Counted from the whole stretch's first letter, positions 24,675-36,827 are shown. The stretch: DNA of 63,088 nt, filler included, from Octopus bimaculoides (GCF_001194135.2; 6 parts of 5 records of this genome joined end to end with filler, not necessarily neighbours in it), one strand, 5' to 3'. The notes: a model not told the origin generated them from the sequence alone. A program made the numbers and translations.

Positions 24675-26026
24675 GTATTGAGTTAGTCTTTCCTCAGAGC
24701 CAGTTACAAAAAAGGGGAACATACAGGGAGAATTAGGAAAGCCCAAACCCAATGCTCTAGACATATCTAACATTTAAGATAGATAAATACGTTAGTATTA
24801 ACATATTTAAGACATGGTGCATTAAAAAAAAAACTGACTAGAAATAAATGTTTAATATCACTTTATAATACTTTCTTCAGCTTTTAAGGATTGTTACTTG
24901 AGTATGTGTTGCAACAGTAATTGATTGTATTGAGTGGATCAACAACATTGCAGTGATATGAGATCGTATTGAGTATTGTGCATGACATTTCACTGACATT
25001 TGTTTCTTTTCACTAACATTTGTTTTTTTTCACTGACATTTGTTCCTAGAATTCAAGAAAAACGTTTTGAAACAGTAAAACACTTGTTGTCTTTAGCATA
25101 TAATAGAACAATAGAAGAACATAAACACCTAAACAAAATAACCACTATTTTCCTATGCTATATGCTATACCATTATACCACCAAAAACAATTAGAATGTC
25201 AATTTAAGAAAGTATCATTTGTCAACTCAGATATTGAACTCCAGCAACTGGGTGGCTGCAGAGGCTGTACCTGGGGACCCAACTACTTCTGAATTCATTG
25301 AGGCAGGGTCTGCTGTGAATAAGATTAAGCAAAGGACTATACTACCCATCCTGACATCTGCATACTCAAATAGCAAAATAAGTCCAACATCACCACACAC
25401 ACCTCCATCTCCTAACAACTACCATTCCTTCCTTTTTTTCCATCACCTTCCACCCCTCACTACAAAATACATACAGAAATGCCCACATTTTCTGCACTGT
25501 AATCATCCCAGGAATATGGACTACAATCATAAGAAACAAGTGATTTGTGAAAATGCACATAGTAATACATTAAAATATTTATAAGTTCCATCCAAGGATT
25601 ATTATTATTATAACTATATTTATCCTACATTATATCAGTACAACTCAGTACAACTCAGTACAACTCAGTGCAACCCCCAAAAACTGGTATCACTAGTTGG
25701 CCTCATTAGGCTATAGCCAGCATAACAGAATAGGAGCTTTTATTTGCATATTCAAGGTAGTTTTCATAAATGAACTTAAAGGATATATATATAAGGGGTT
25801 ATAATACACAAGCTGTGTACTTATGAAGCACATCTGCATGTTCACATTAATTCAATGTATGTATATAGATGTTTTATTTTAAATCTTTGTCTGAAGGATT
25901 ATGGAGAGGAGACTCTATACATGTTTTTTTTCTATGTGTGTACCTTTGTAACTCCTATCTTGTAATGAAACACATGTAATGTGGAATTAAAAATGTACCA
26001 AATATTCCAGTCTTCTGTTCTAATAT

Positions 26027-26097
<71 letters not shown>

Positions 26098-26609
26098 NNN
26101 NNNNNNNNNNNNNNNNNNNNNNNNNNNNNNNNNNNNNNNNNNNNNNNNNNNNNNNNNNNNNNNNNNNNNNNNNNNNNNNNNNNNNNNNNNNNNNNNNNNN
26201 NNNNNNNNNNNNNNNNNNNNNNNNNNNNNNNNNNNNNNNNNNNNNNNNNNNNNNNNNNNNNNNNNNNNNNNNNNNNNNNNNNNNNNNNNNNNNNNNNNNN
26301 NNNNNNNNNNNNNNNNNNNNNNNNNNNNNNNNNNNNNNNNNNNNNNNNNNNNNNNNNNNNNNNNNNNNNNNNNNNNNNNNNNNNNNNNNNNNNNNNNNNN
26401 NNNNNNNNNNNNNNNNNNNNNNNNNNNNNNNNNNNNNNNNNNNNNNNNNNNNNNNNNNNNNNNNNNNNNNNNNNNNNNNNNNNNNNNNNNNNNNNNNNNN
26501 NNNNNNNNNNNNNNNNNNNNNNNNNNNNNNNNNNNNNNNNNNNNNNNNNNNNNNNNNNNNNNNNNNNNNNNNNNNNNNNNNNNNNNNNNNNNNNNNNNNN
26601 NNNNNNNNN

Positions 26610-26670
<61 letters not shown>

Positions 26671-27114
26671 ATAAAGCAAAAGTGTATAAGCTTTGACTTG
26701 GTACTCCTCTATTTCATCTGTTATAGATGCAATCTGTAAATGCACCCAATAGGATTTGGCATGGTACATAAACACATCATCAGACATTATCTGATGGTAT
26801 GTTGCACAATACTGAAACATATATAAAACAGATGAAATAAAGGAATAACAACATCAGAATTCATATTCTTTTGTCTTATTGCTCTGCTCTTCATATTACA
26901 CCATAGCCAACCCTCAACTGTGGATATATGTGCATATATGAGAGATCTTTGTCTTGCAAGCTACTTGGCAACGCCACTGGTGTCACGTTAAAAGCACCTG
27001 TGTTGATGCCACATAAAAATGCCCAATACATCCTGTAAAGTGGATGATATTGCAAATGGCAACCAACCAAAGAAACCATGCCAAAATAGACAACTGGAGT
27101 CTGGTGTAGCTCTC

Positions 27115-27214
<100 letters not shown>

Positions 27215-27304
27215 AACTGTAGAATATATACAGGTATATTCATATTATATATATTTTATATATACATGAATATTATACATCTGTGAGAATAAGAATAGGC
27301 TGGA

Positions 27305-28170
27305 CAAAGTTCAGAGAGTTCCTACCTTAGCTGGCAACAAAGGGCCTTTCCATCAGAGTGAAAGGCAGATTGTATGATGCCTTTGTCCAAATAGCTATGC
27401 TGCACACCAGTGAAACATGGGCTGTAACAGCTGAGGACATGCATAGACTTGAAAGAAATGAAGCCAGTATGCTTCGTTGGATGTGCAATGTCATTGTAAG
27501 CATCTTGAGAGAAAAGCTGGGCATAAAAGGCTTAGATGTGGTGTGCAAGAGAGACAACTGTGCTGGTATGGTCATGTGATGTGTATGGATGAGGACAGCT
27601 GCATAAAGAAGTGGCGATCCCTAACTGTGGAGGCAACCTGTGGTAGAGGTAGACCTTGGAAGACATGGGACAAGGCGATGACCGAGATCTTTGGCGATAT
27701 GCTGTGCTTGAGAAGACCCATCCTGCCAAGTAAAATCACAGTCATAGCCGATGCTGATGTCACATAACTGGCACCCATGCTGGTGGCATGTAAAAAGCAC
27801 CTTTCAAGCATTGGGCCTCACGGAGGCAAAGTGGCCAATGCTGGCAGCACATGGAAAGCACCTTTCAAGTGTTGGGTATTATGCCATGCTTGAGAAGAAG
27901 ACCCATCAAGCCAAGTAAAATTGCAGTTTTGGCAGATACTGGTGTCACGCAAATGGCACCCTATAGGATTTGGCATGTAAAAGCCATACCGGTGACATGT
28001 AAAAGCACCCATTACACTTTCAGAGTGGTTGGTGTTAGGAAAGGCATCCATTCATAGAAACTATGCCAAATCAGACTGGAGTCTGGTGCAGCCTTCCAAT
28101 TGCCAGCCCTGGTCAAATTGTCAAACCCATGCCAGTATGGACAACAGATATAAAATGAAGATGAGGATGA
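27305..28170 (+). mobile_element. 5'-truncated RTE-clade LINE: RT C-terminal coding remnant plus 3' UTR
   Basis: KGRLYDAFVQIAMLHTSETWAVTAEDMHRLERNEASMLRWMC and ERQLCWYGHVMCMDEDSC...GRGRPWKTW with frameshifts; (GAT)-like tail at about 28158-28170. Confidence 0.9.
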
Positions 28171-28460
28171 TTATATACATTAAATATATATTATTTATAT
28201 ATAAAATCTATTTATCTATCTATCTAGCTATATTNNNNNNNNNNNNNNNNNNNNNNNNNNNNNNNNNNNNNNNNNNNNNNNNNNNNNNNNNNNNNNNNNN
28301 NNNNNNNNNNNNNNNNNNNNNNNNNNNNNNNNNNNNNNNNNNNNNNNNNNNNNNNNNNNNNNNNNNNNNNNNNNNNNNNNNNNNNNNNNNNNNNNNNNNN
28401 NNNNNNNNNNNNNNNNNNNNNTATATGTGTGTGTGTGTGTGTGTATGTGTGTAAACATAC

Positions 28461-28492
<32 letters not shown>

Positions 28493-29470
28493 ACACATAC
28501 ATATGTATGTATATAGACACAAACACACACACAAAAATCCATAAATTTTTTGTATATTTTGTATTATTCAGGAGCAAATATTTTGCTTTAATGAAGTGAT
28601 ATACTAAAAAAAAAACTTTCCTGAAATGAACCAAAAACAAACAAGCAAATAAACTTAATTGACCTTGCATTCTTTCTTTAAGGATCAAAAGTATGGAGTG
28701 CTGAGAAGTATAAATGCGTTTTCCTTGTGGAAATTCTGTCAAACATAAAACTATAATTCTCTTCCTGTTTGTGTTTTATTTGAGTAGTTTAAGAATGACA
28801 ACAACAGTCCTGTTTTTGTGAAATAGAACTATATTTAGTAATCAGAATTTTGTCTTCTAATTAAATGCATCCTTAGAGTTGCAAGAGGCTAATATCCAAT
28901 AGAATATAGATAATAAAAAAAAAAAGGGAAGTTTAAGTGAAACAGAAAGAGGCTTTCTTATAGTTGTGATCACATGCGACTATACAGAGGATTACAGTTT
29001 AAGTATGACTAGATTATGAGTTCTTGAAAAATTTAGGAAATCTAGCTAAAGATTTGGGAAAATGAATAATATCTTTTTCACATTAATATATTAAGACTTA
29101 ATGGAGGAAATAGAAATGATGAGAAGTTCTTATATGAATGATTGAAATTCACAACATCCTCGTATTGAGTCATTGGAATTGTTTTGAGAATAGTAATTTT
29201 AGTAAGCTATTTCCAAGTATGTGCATAGTTGTGTAGGGAGTACATATGGGTGGGCGTATGTGGATTGCATGTCAGCACATACGAAACAAACATACGCTTA
29301 TATATGCACGCAAATATACATGCATGCATACTGAAGTTACTGTCAATTTTTTCCTGGCAGAAATAAATGAATATAGTACTCTACTAAAAAATATTGAGTT
29401 ATCCTTCAATTTAATGTTCAACTGTTTTTCTGTATAACTCTTCATAAAAAACTAATGTGTATGAATGTAT

Positions 29471-29506
<36 letters not shown>

Positions 29507-30135
29507 GTTTAACGTCCGCTTTCCATGCTAGCATGGGTTGGACGATTTGACTGAGGACTGGTGAAACCGGATGGCAACACCAGGCTCCAGTCTAATTTGG
29601 CAGAGTTTCTACAGCTGGATGCCCTTCCTAACGCCAACCACTCAGAGAGTGTAGTGGGTGCTTTTACGTGTCACCCGCACGAAAACGGCCACGCTCGAAA
29701 TGGTGTCTTTTATGTGCCNNNNNNNNNNNNNNNNNNNNNNNNNNNNNNNNNNNNNNNNNNNNNNNNNNNNNNNNNNNNNNNNNNNNNNNNNNNNNNNNNN
29801 NNNNNNNNNNNNNNNNNNNNNNNNNNNNNNNNNCAGCACATTTCCAAAGGTCTCGGTCAGTAGTCATCGCCTCGGTGAGGCCCAATGTACGAAGGTCTTG
29901 CCTCACCACCTCAGCCCAGGTCTTCCTGGGCCTACCTCTTCCACGGGTTCCCTCAACTGTTAGGATGTGGCACTTTTTCACGCAGCTATCCTCATCCATT
30001 CTCACCACATGTCCATACCAGCGCAATCGTCTCTCTTGCACACCACAACTGATGCTTCTAATGTTCAGCTTTTCTCTCAAGATACTTACACTCTGACGGG
30101 TATTCACATTGACATTACACATCCAACGGAGCATA
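29471..30135 (-). mobile_element. 5'-truncated RTE-clade LINE, young, interrupted by a gap
   Basis: MLRWMCNVN...ERRLRWYGHVVRMDEDSCVKKC...GRGRPRKTWAEVVRQDL...DRDLWK is the RTE C-terminal signature; (CAT)n tail at 29471-29505. Confidence 0.92.
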
Positions 30136-30392
30136 CTGGCTTCTTCATGTATATATATATATATATATATATATTGCTTAGGTGTTGCAAGACTAAATAT
30201 CTGGTGTAGAACTCAATGTACATATGTTTCAGAATGAAGTATTAGTTGAGTACAGAGACGTAAAGAGAAAATGAGATAACAAAGGAATAAACGGTTATCT
30301 TATGAACTTCGCTGCATCTTATAGCAGAAACAGTTGTATGCTAAAGATAATTATTTAATTCTTTTGTCATTTCATTTTCTTATATATACATA

Positions 30393-30720
30393 CAGACTGT
30401 CCTCATTTAACGACCTACCTATTTAACGACCACTCGGAGTTACGACGAACTTTATGAGCCGTCATAACATATTTTACAAAATAGAACTTGAGGCGATGGA
30501 TCCAAATTTTGAGCGATTTTCCAAGGTGGAAAAGCAGACAACTGAACTTTTCCGATGTTATCGAGAAAGTTATAACAAAAAAAAAAGAAGATAACAAAGC
30601 AAACAACACTGACAGGATTTTTCATGCATTTTGATGTCAAGAATGAGTTACTTTTGTAATCTTTATCCAAAGTAAAACAAAGTTATTATGTTTGAGTTTC
30701 CTTTAAACCTTTTCACCTTT
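30393..30720 (+). mobile_element. pogo/Tigger-like internally deleted transposon
   Basis: TA followed by CAGACTGTCCTCATTTAACGACC; 30481-30625 reads IELEAMDPNFERFSKVEKQTTELFRCYRESYNKK(fs)KITKQTTLTGFF, like Tigger transposase C-termini; right end lies in a gap. Confidence 0.7.
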
Positions 30721-31619
30721 NNNNNNNNNNNNNNNNNNNNNNNNNNNNNNNNNNNNNNNNNNNNTTAATTAATTAANNNNNNNNNNNNNNNNNNNNNNNN
30801 NNNNNNNNNNNNNNNNNNNNGAAAATGTTAAAAACAGTGTATGAAAATACATATATGGAAAAATACATATACATATTCTTTGATAATCGAATAAAGTTGA
30901 GGAGGAACTGACCTGGCTTTTTTCTCTTGTGTATATTGAGGGAATGTTTTGCTGCCTTAAGAGACAGTATGACTGGCTAGCTGGGGTGGCAGGGAAGAAG
31001 AGTTAAAAAGGATTTTTTAATTTTTGGTTGGTCTGTGACTTAGTCTGTCATGGTTCACTGGTTTTTGGGACTGGTTTTGTGCACATCTCTATGTGTGTTT
31101 GTGTCCGTGTGTGTATGTGTGAGTGTGTAATTAATATTTGTTAGGGTGTTGTGTGTGCGCATGTGTGTGTATGTGTATATGTGTTTGTTCGTGTGTGTGC
31201 GTGAATGCGTTTGTGAGTGCGTGTGTATGTGTGTTTTTTGTGTCGGTAGGGATGTTAGATGTGTGTACGTGAGAGTGTGCGTATATCTATTTTTCTGAGT
31301 ATGTATGTGTTGTTTTAATCGTCCTTGTGGTGTGTGTGTGAGAGAGAGAGCAACCGTATGTATGTATGAGTGTGTGTACATATGTGTGCGTCTGTGTGTG
31401 TATGTATGTGTGCATCTGTGTGTGTTCGTGGGAGTGTTTTGTGTGAGTGTGTGTGTACGTGAGTGAGTGTGTGTCTCTCTCTGTCTGAGTGAGTGTGTTG
31501 TTTTAAATACCCTTGTGGTGTGTGTGTGTGTAAGCAACCGTATGTGTGTGTGATGGTTGATATGTATGTGTATATCTGTATGTGTGCGTATGTCTATTTG
31601 TGTTGTGTGTTGGTGGGGG

Positions 31620-32211
31620 TGTAGTGAAACTACTTATCGTCTTTTCTACCTATCGCCGTTAGATACAAAACTGCTATCGCCATTCTTCTCATTTAAATAT
31701 AAAGAAACGCGAGCGTAGCGGAGAACATCTCCTTGTCATCACGTGACTGATCAATATTCGAATCGGCAACTTCTTCGAACCGTTCCTGCCAGAACGCAAA
31801 CTGACCAATCACAGCCCTTAATAAGGTCACGTGATAGTGTTTTTCTATTCCCGTCTTGGAGCCCCCTTAACGCCTTAAATAGAGCAACTCATACCCAGCA
31901 AATTCGTTTCGGTCCAGTTTCTCTTAGAGACTGTTCCGTGTACCACACGACAGCAGCAGCAACAATCAGCCAGCGACCACTTCAACAGCTTCGTCCAGCC
32001 AACGATGACCACCGCCGTCGCCACATCAGCAACACGATTCTACGATTACTACCAAGCAGCCTTTTCTCCACCAGCGTCTACACGACTTACTATGTACACC
32101 AATCCAAACCACCGCAGCACATCTCTCTCTTCGATTCTGTTAGGTGACTCAGCTTCACCACGATAAATAAACAGACAAGAATCTCAGCCAGCGACGAACA
32201 TCTGTATAACA
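31620..32211 (+). mobile_element. LTR-like unit A
   Basis: TGTAGTGA...TATAACA termini; TCACGTGA at 31739 and 31827, CCAAT at 31805, TATA-like TTAAATAG at 31875, AATAAA at 32166; CpG-rich. Confidence 0.6.
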
Positions 32212-32214
32212 AGA

Positions 32215-32232
32215 ATCACGTCGGGGTCACCA
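32215..32232 (-). promoter_or_regulatory. Primer-binding site complementary to tRNA-Trp 3' end
   Basis: Minus strand TGGTGACCCCGACGTGAT, 2 nt downstream of an LTR end (...CCTTACA-AT-TGG); 18/18 complement of the conserved metazoan tRNA-Trp end ATCACGTCGGGGTCA+CCA. Confidence 0.88.
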
Positions 32233-32234
32233 AT

Positions 32235-32790
32235 TGTAAGGACGACCGTGCGAACTCATAAAAGGAGAAATGGTGACGAATGGAAAAACAGAGGACTCCT
32301 TTTATTTAAACGTGTCACACGGTCGAACACAAAATAATATATCTGAGATGATATACATGATACGTTATACTACGATAACATATGTGAATTCGTAAATACC
32401 AGTAATGAAGACTATAGAAGGCAACCGTATAAGATGAATAACAGTGATATTTATTATGGCGTTAAAGATGTATGTCTGTGTGTGAGCCTCCCCAACTTTC
32501 ACATACAGACTCATACTATTGTGTACACAAGAACTGGTATAAAATGCTCTCGTGTTATTGACTCTCTTTCTATCTGCTGTAATAACTCACATACACACAC
32601 GTATCACTCACATACATACTTTTCTTTGTACGACGGCCTGTCTTTGATTATGTTCTTATATGTCGCATACACACTCACACACAGACATTCATCTTTAACG
32701 CCATAATAAATATCACTGTTATTCATCTTATCTCTGTTTTTCCATTCGTCACCATTTCTCCTTTTATGAGTTCGTACGGTCGTCCTTACA
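32235..32790 (-). mobile_element. Gypsy-type 5' LTR (unit B) with long internal inverted repeats
   Basis: TGTAAGG...CCTTACA termini, minus-strand AATAAA about 70 nt before its 3' end, PBS directly downstream; IR1 32235-32293/32732-32790 and IR2 32429-32486/32674-32731, each with one mismatch. Confidence 0.8.
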
Positions 32791-33650
32791 GGGGTGCTGT
32801 GTGTGTGTGCGTGAGTTTGTGTGTGTCTCTAAGTATGTTTGTGTTTGAATTGTCATTGTGGTGCGTTTGTGTGTGAGGGAGCAACTGTATGTGTGTGCAT
32901 GAGGGTGCATGTGTGTGTGAGCATGTATGTGTGTGTTGTATTTATTAGGTGTTCTTGTACGTTGGGTTTATCCAGGTGATGTGTATGTGTGTTCCGTGTA
33001 TGTTGGTACTGGGTATGCGTTTGTATGTGTGTGTATGTGGGTATGGTTTGTGTAGTTTCCTGGTGTATATGTGTACATGTGTGTGTGCGCTGTAATTGTG
33101 AGTGATTAGTTTTGTTTGTATTGTTAGTACAGTATGTGTGTGTATACGTGTGGGTGTGTTTGTGTGAGTGCGTCTATGTGGCTTGTATTTGTCGGGGAGG
33201 TGTGTCATTGTGCGTGCATGCTTCTGTGCATGTACGCTTGTGAGTGTTTGTTGGGATTGTATTGTGTGTGTTTTTCTTTTGAGTGTGTGTGTGACATTTT
33301 TACTAGGGAACAGGCGTATGGTGTTTGTATGTGTGTGTACATATGTATGCAAATATGCGTGTGTGAATATGATTTGTGGTTGCCGGAGTGGTGTGTAGGT
33401 GTGTGCATATACCTGTTTACATATGGGTGTTGGTTGTGGTTGCTACAATTGTATTGTAAGTGTATATATGCATGTGTTTTTTCTTGAAATGTATGTGGGT
33501 TTGTGTTCTAGTGTGNNNNNNNNNNNNNNNNNNNNNNNNNNNNNNNNNNNNNNNNNNNNNNNNNNNNNNNNNNNNNNNNNNNNNNNNNNNNNNNNNNNNN
33601 NNNNNNNNNNNNNNNNNNNNNNNNNNNNNNNNNNNNNNNNNNNNNNNNNN

Positions 33651-33959
33651 ATTTATTCGTGTTTGGTCAGTGGTGTTGTCTGAGCATTGGTATAATGGGA
33701 AAACTAGGAATTTGGAGGACTTGTTTTGTGCACAGAGATCTAAGTGCCCACTGAGTAGTATCTGTCTTGTGGTGGGATCCCTCAATTGTTGGCGGTGGAC
33801 TGTCATCCTTTCTCTGAGAGTAAGGCTCGTTTGCCCTATGTATTCTTTGTGGCACCCTTCACACCTTATGGCATAAAGTAAATTTTTTGATGTGCAGGTG
33901 AAGTTATTTTTTATGACAAAAGTGTGTCCCGACTGGAATCTGTATGTTGTTCCTTCCAT
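33651..33959 (-). mobile_element. Penelope-like element GIY-YIG endonuclease fragment
   Basis: NNFTCTSKNLLYAIRCEGCHKEYIGQTSLTLRERMTVHR: GIY-like LLY, a C-x2-C insert, YIG and the conserved R, as in PLE endonucleases; runs into a gap. Confidence 0.88.
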
Positions 33960-34406
33960 GAGGTATATATATACATAGTAATAGTTTTATATTTTGGTAG
34001 ACACCTTGTAGTATGTTGCTTAAGCCTGTCCATAGTATTTAGCTACCTGATTTACTTCAGGAATTTCTTTGTGTCCGTGGAGGAATTCATGAGACTGTTT
34101 ATTCAAAATCACTATGATTGTTTTGATTCATCATGCACCCATACTTTACTGGTCAGATGCTGTACAATTATTTGTCATGCATTATTTGTGCAGATGCATC
34201 CCCTCAGGTGACTTTTCAAATAAGTACCTGATTTTTTTACTTGTCATTTTGCTTATTTCTATAACAACAAATTTTTTAGTGTAGCATTCCGTCTGTCTCC
34301 ATAATGAACTGAGATAGAATAAAAGAATTCTTCTCATATAAGCAATAAAACCATAAAAATATATAATAAATATACAAAGATAAAAAAAATAAGGAATCAA
34401 AGAATA

Positions 34407-35330
34407 CACAGGGTCCTTAGGCTAAATTTGGCAGTTTACATAAAAGGAAAAGAAAACACAATATCCCATCCAAACTTAAAAGTATTTTCAAAAAATACCA
34501 GCTAGATTATGGCTGGGAGATATCAGTTTACTCAGAGTAGCACCCTTAGCTTCCAACACAGTCTCAAAAGAGCCTTAGAACCCATCAAATGCATTCTTCA
34601 CTGTGTCTCTGGTAAGATCTTTGACAATTTTCTTGATCTTGGTTACCAGCTTGGCTTTGGTGTTACATGCAGTACAGTTGGTGCTTTTCTCAACCATGCT
34701 TCTCACATAGTAATCCATGGGACTACAACCAGAGCAATTACAAGGCCCAAAATTGGGGCTGGTGAAGTCATGTAAATTCTCTGACACCCACTTCTAATCC
34801 TTTCTGGAGTTATAACAAGGAGCTGAATATTGCTGCTACACATGGCCTTCCAGCAGCAATCCTATCCAGCAAGTGTTTGACCACCGTCCTCAGCAGCTTC
34901 ATATAGCCATCTGAATTGAATATCAAGTCTGTTCAAAGATATGAGGCAGCACGACATAATCCTCACTGGAAACACACCCAAAGGCCATCACAGTTTGGAG
35001 GAACTTAGTTTTCATGATATTTGGGACACCACATGGATTGTGACATCACATGGATTGTAAGCCACCCGTTGTTTTGGGTGTTGTGCAAATGGTCCTGGTA
35101 GAAGAACCAAACCATCTCTGGCTCAACAGGATGTCTTAGCTTGTTCAGTAGCTTCATTGCCAGCATCAAGTGGTTCTCTTTGGCCTTGGTTGTCAGTATT
35201 TGTCTCTTGCATCTCTTGTACAAGTGGTAGCAAAGGTTTTCATTCAGGACCAGATTCAATGTGGTGAAACTAACATCCTTCTCTGTGGACTTTTTACAAG
35301 GAATAATGTGTGGATAATCTTGCAGTCAGC
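34407..35330 (-). mobile_element. Decayed maT/mori-type (DD37D) Tc1/mariner transposon, 3' two-thirds
   Basis: KLLNKLRHP...WFF, IMKTKF..TVMAFGCVSSE, NSDGYMKLL, QQ(Y)SAPC...CSPMDYYV; 37 residues separate the mutated second D position from the third D; several stops; TA-CACAGGGTCC end. Confidence 0.85.
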
Positions 35331-35975
35331 CTTTCAATGGCATTCATTATAGTAGCTGGTACTTTGACAAGGTATAGTGATTTTATCACTCATGAGTGAG
35401 GCACAGAGTCAAAAGGTTTCTTGTAGTGTAACCACATCATTAAGAGATTGTGGCAATGTTGCTTGGCTTCCTTAAGGACAGCTTTGCTGAGGAGAAGCTG
35501 TCCAGCATAGCCCCAGACTCCTTTCTTTCCTCCTGCCTGTTCATCAGTTATTACATCATTTGTTTGGCAATGGTCTTGGAGAAACATATTCAGACAGCCT
35601 GTGTACAGTTTGTACTTGACATTCAGACATGCAATAGGCCGATAGCTTTTGGCCACACGAGTCTCTTTGTTCTTGGGGATAAGAGTAATCTGTGCAACTG
35701 TCAACCAATCTGGTATATCTAACTCACCGTCCATTTCCCTGTAGAACATAAGCTTTTTTATACCAGTAGCTTACTATGAGGTCTCTCCCAAAAGATTTTC
35801 CATTTGGCAGTTTCATAATAATTGTCAGGAGTGTTTCACTGGTGATGTTATATGTTTTGGGAGAGGTGTTTACACAGTACTCACTTTGTGGGTCATTTAA
35901 CCATGTTGCATTATGGTTGTGTTCTTTGTTTACATTCCAGATTCCCTATCAGAATGACTGTAGGTCTTCCTGGAG
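35331..35975 (-). mobile_element. R4/Dong-like non-LTR retrotransposon RT fragment
   Basis: GIWNVNKEHNHNATWL...KLPNGKSFGRD...YWYKK(fs)L...IPDWLTVAQITLIPK...YRPIACL...EQAGGKKG...WLHYKKPFDSVPHS matches RT domains 0-3 of RLE-clade elements. Confidence 0.8.
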
Positions 35976-36169
35976 AGGTGTATTTACTATCCTGATAGTG
36001 TGCGTATGTGTGTGTGTGTGTGTGGGGGGGTGTGCATGTATGCATGTATGTGTGTATGTCGTTATACCATTTTATTTTGAATTTTTAAATATTTCACTTT
36101 AGAACATTCAGTATGATGCATAGAAGACAACATAATGCTTTTCAGTCATCTGAAGCCCAATGCTTCAGA

Positions 36170-36580
36170 AGTCAAAGGGCTTGAGAAACACAAGAAGCAA
36201 GTGAGGACAGGCTCCATCTCAGAGACAACAAAATATTGTGGAGTCACAAGAGCAATAAGAAGTAAGACTTCAGTTTGAAACAACCAAGTAAGCCCACTTG
36301 AGGTAACAAGAGACACCAGAGCAGAAATGATGGAAATTGGAGTCTCAAGCCAATAGACAAGCCAACTTGAGGAAACTCAAGACACCAGAGCAGAAACAAC
36401 AGAAGTTGGAGTCTCAAGCCTATAGAAAAGCCCACTTAAGAAACCAGGTCTTAACAGAACAACTTCAAAGTAACGCAGCCAAAAATTCTTGCTCCAAAGA
36501 ACAGGAAACATCAGAGCAATGACAAATCAGGTTGTTATGCAAAGTGGTGACTAGCAGACTTTAACTACAATCTGACACAT
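36170..36580 (+). mobile_element. Probable Helitron RepHel N-terminal remnant with 69-bp coding repeats
   Basis: Units read AHLR*QETPEQK*WKLESQANR / QANLRKLKTPEQKQQKLESQAYR / ...ETSEQ*QIRL; ETxEQ-R-x-RL repeats occur at Helitron N-termini; many stops. Confidence 0.45.
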
Positions 36581-36827
36581 GGCCATTACAATAGATGTCT
36601 TCTGAATACATTTGCATACAGTATAGACTGGGTTGAAGGCTGGGTGACAACTAGTATGTATATATTTACAAGAAAAGGGCTGACAGTAATTCTTAAATTT
36701 CAGCTAATCAGCTGTCATCATGCTAAATTAATTTAGTTTTGAGAAAGGTTTTTTATGGTTGGGGGTAGAGGAAAGTGTGGTGAGGATATTTCTGAGGTAT
36801 GATACACAGAGGAGTATTAAAAATGAT

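Larger units (their letters stand above)
31050..33515. repeat. Complex GT-rich satellite, interrupted by the 31620-32790 insertion
   Basis: The motif TTGTGGTG(TG)n...GCAAC(C/T)GTATG recurs at about 31323, 31511 and 32856, on both sides of the insertion. Confidence 0.8.

Noticed and set aside
25219-25584. 121-aa plus and 63-aa minus ORFs in unique DNA
   Set aside because: No recognisable motif and no convincing donor site on either strand.
26703-26845. About 22-bp inverted repeat enclosing CTGATG...GAAACATAT, hammerhead-like
   Set aside because: The core lacks A9, and stems I and III do not pair properly; too degenerate to call.
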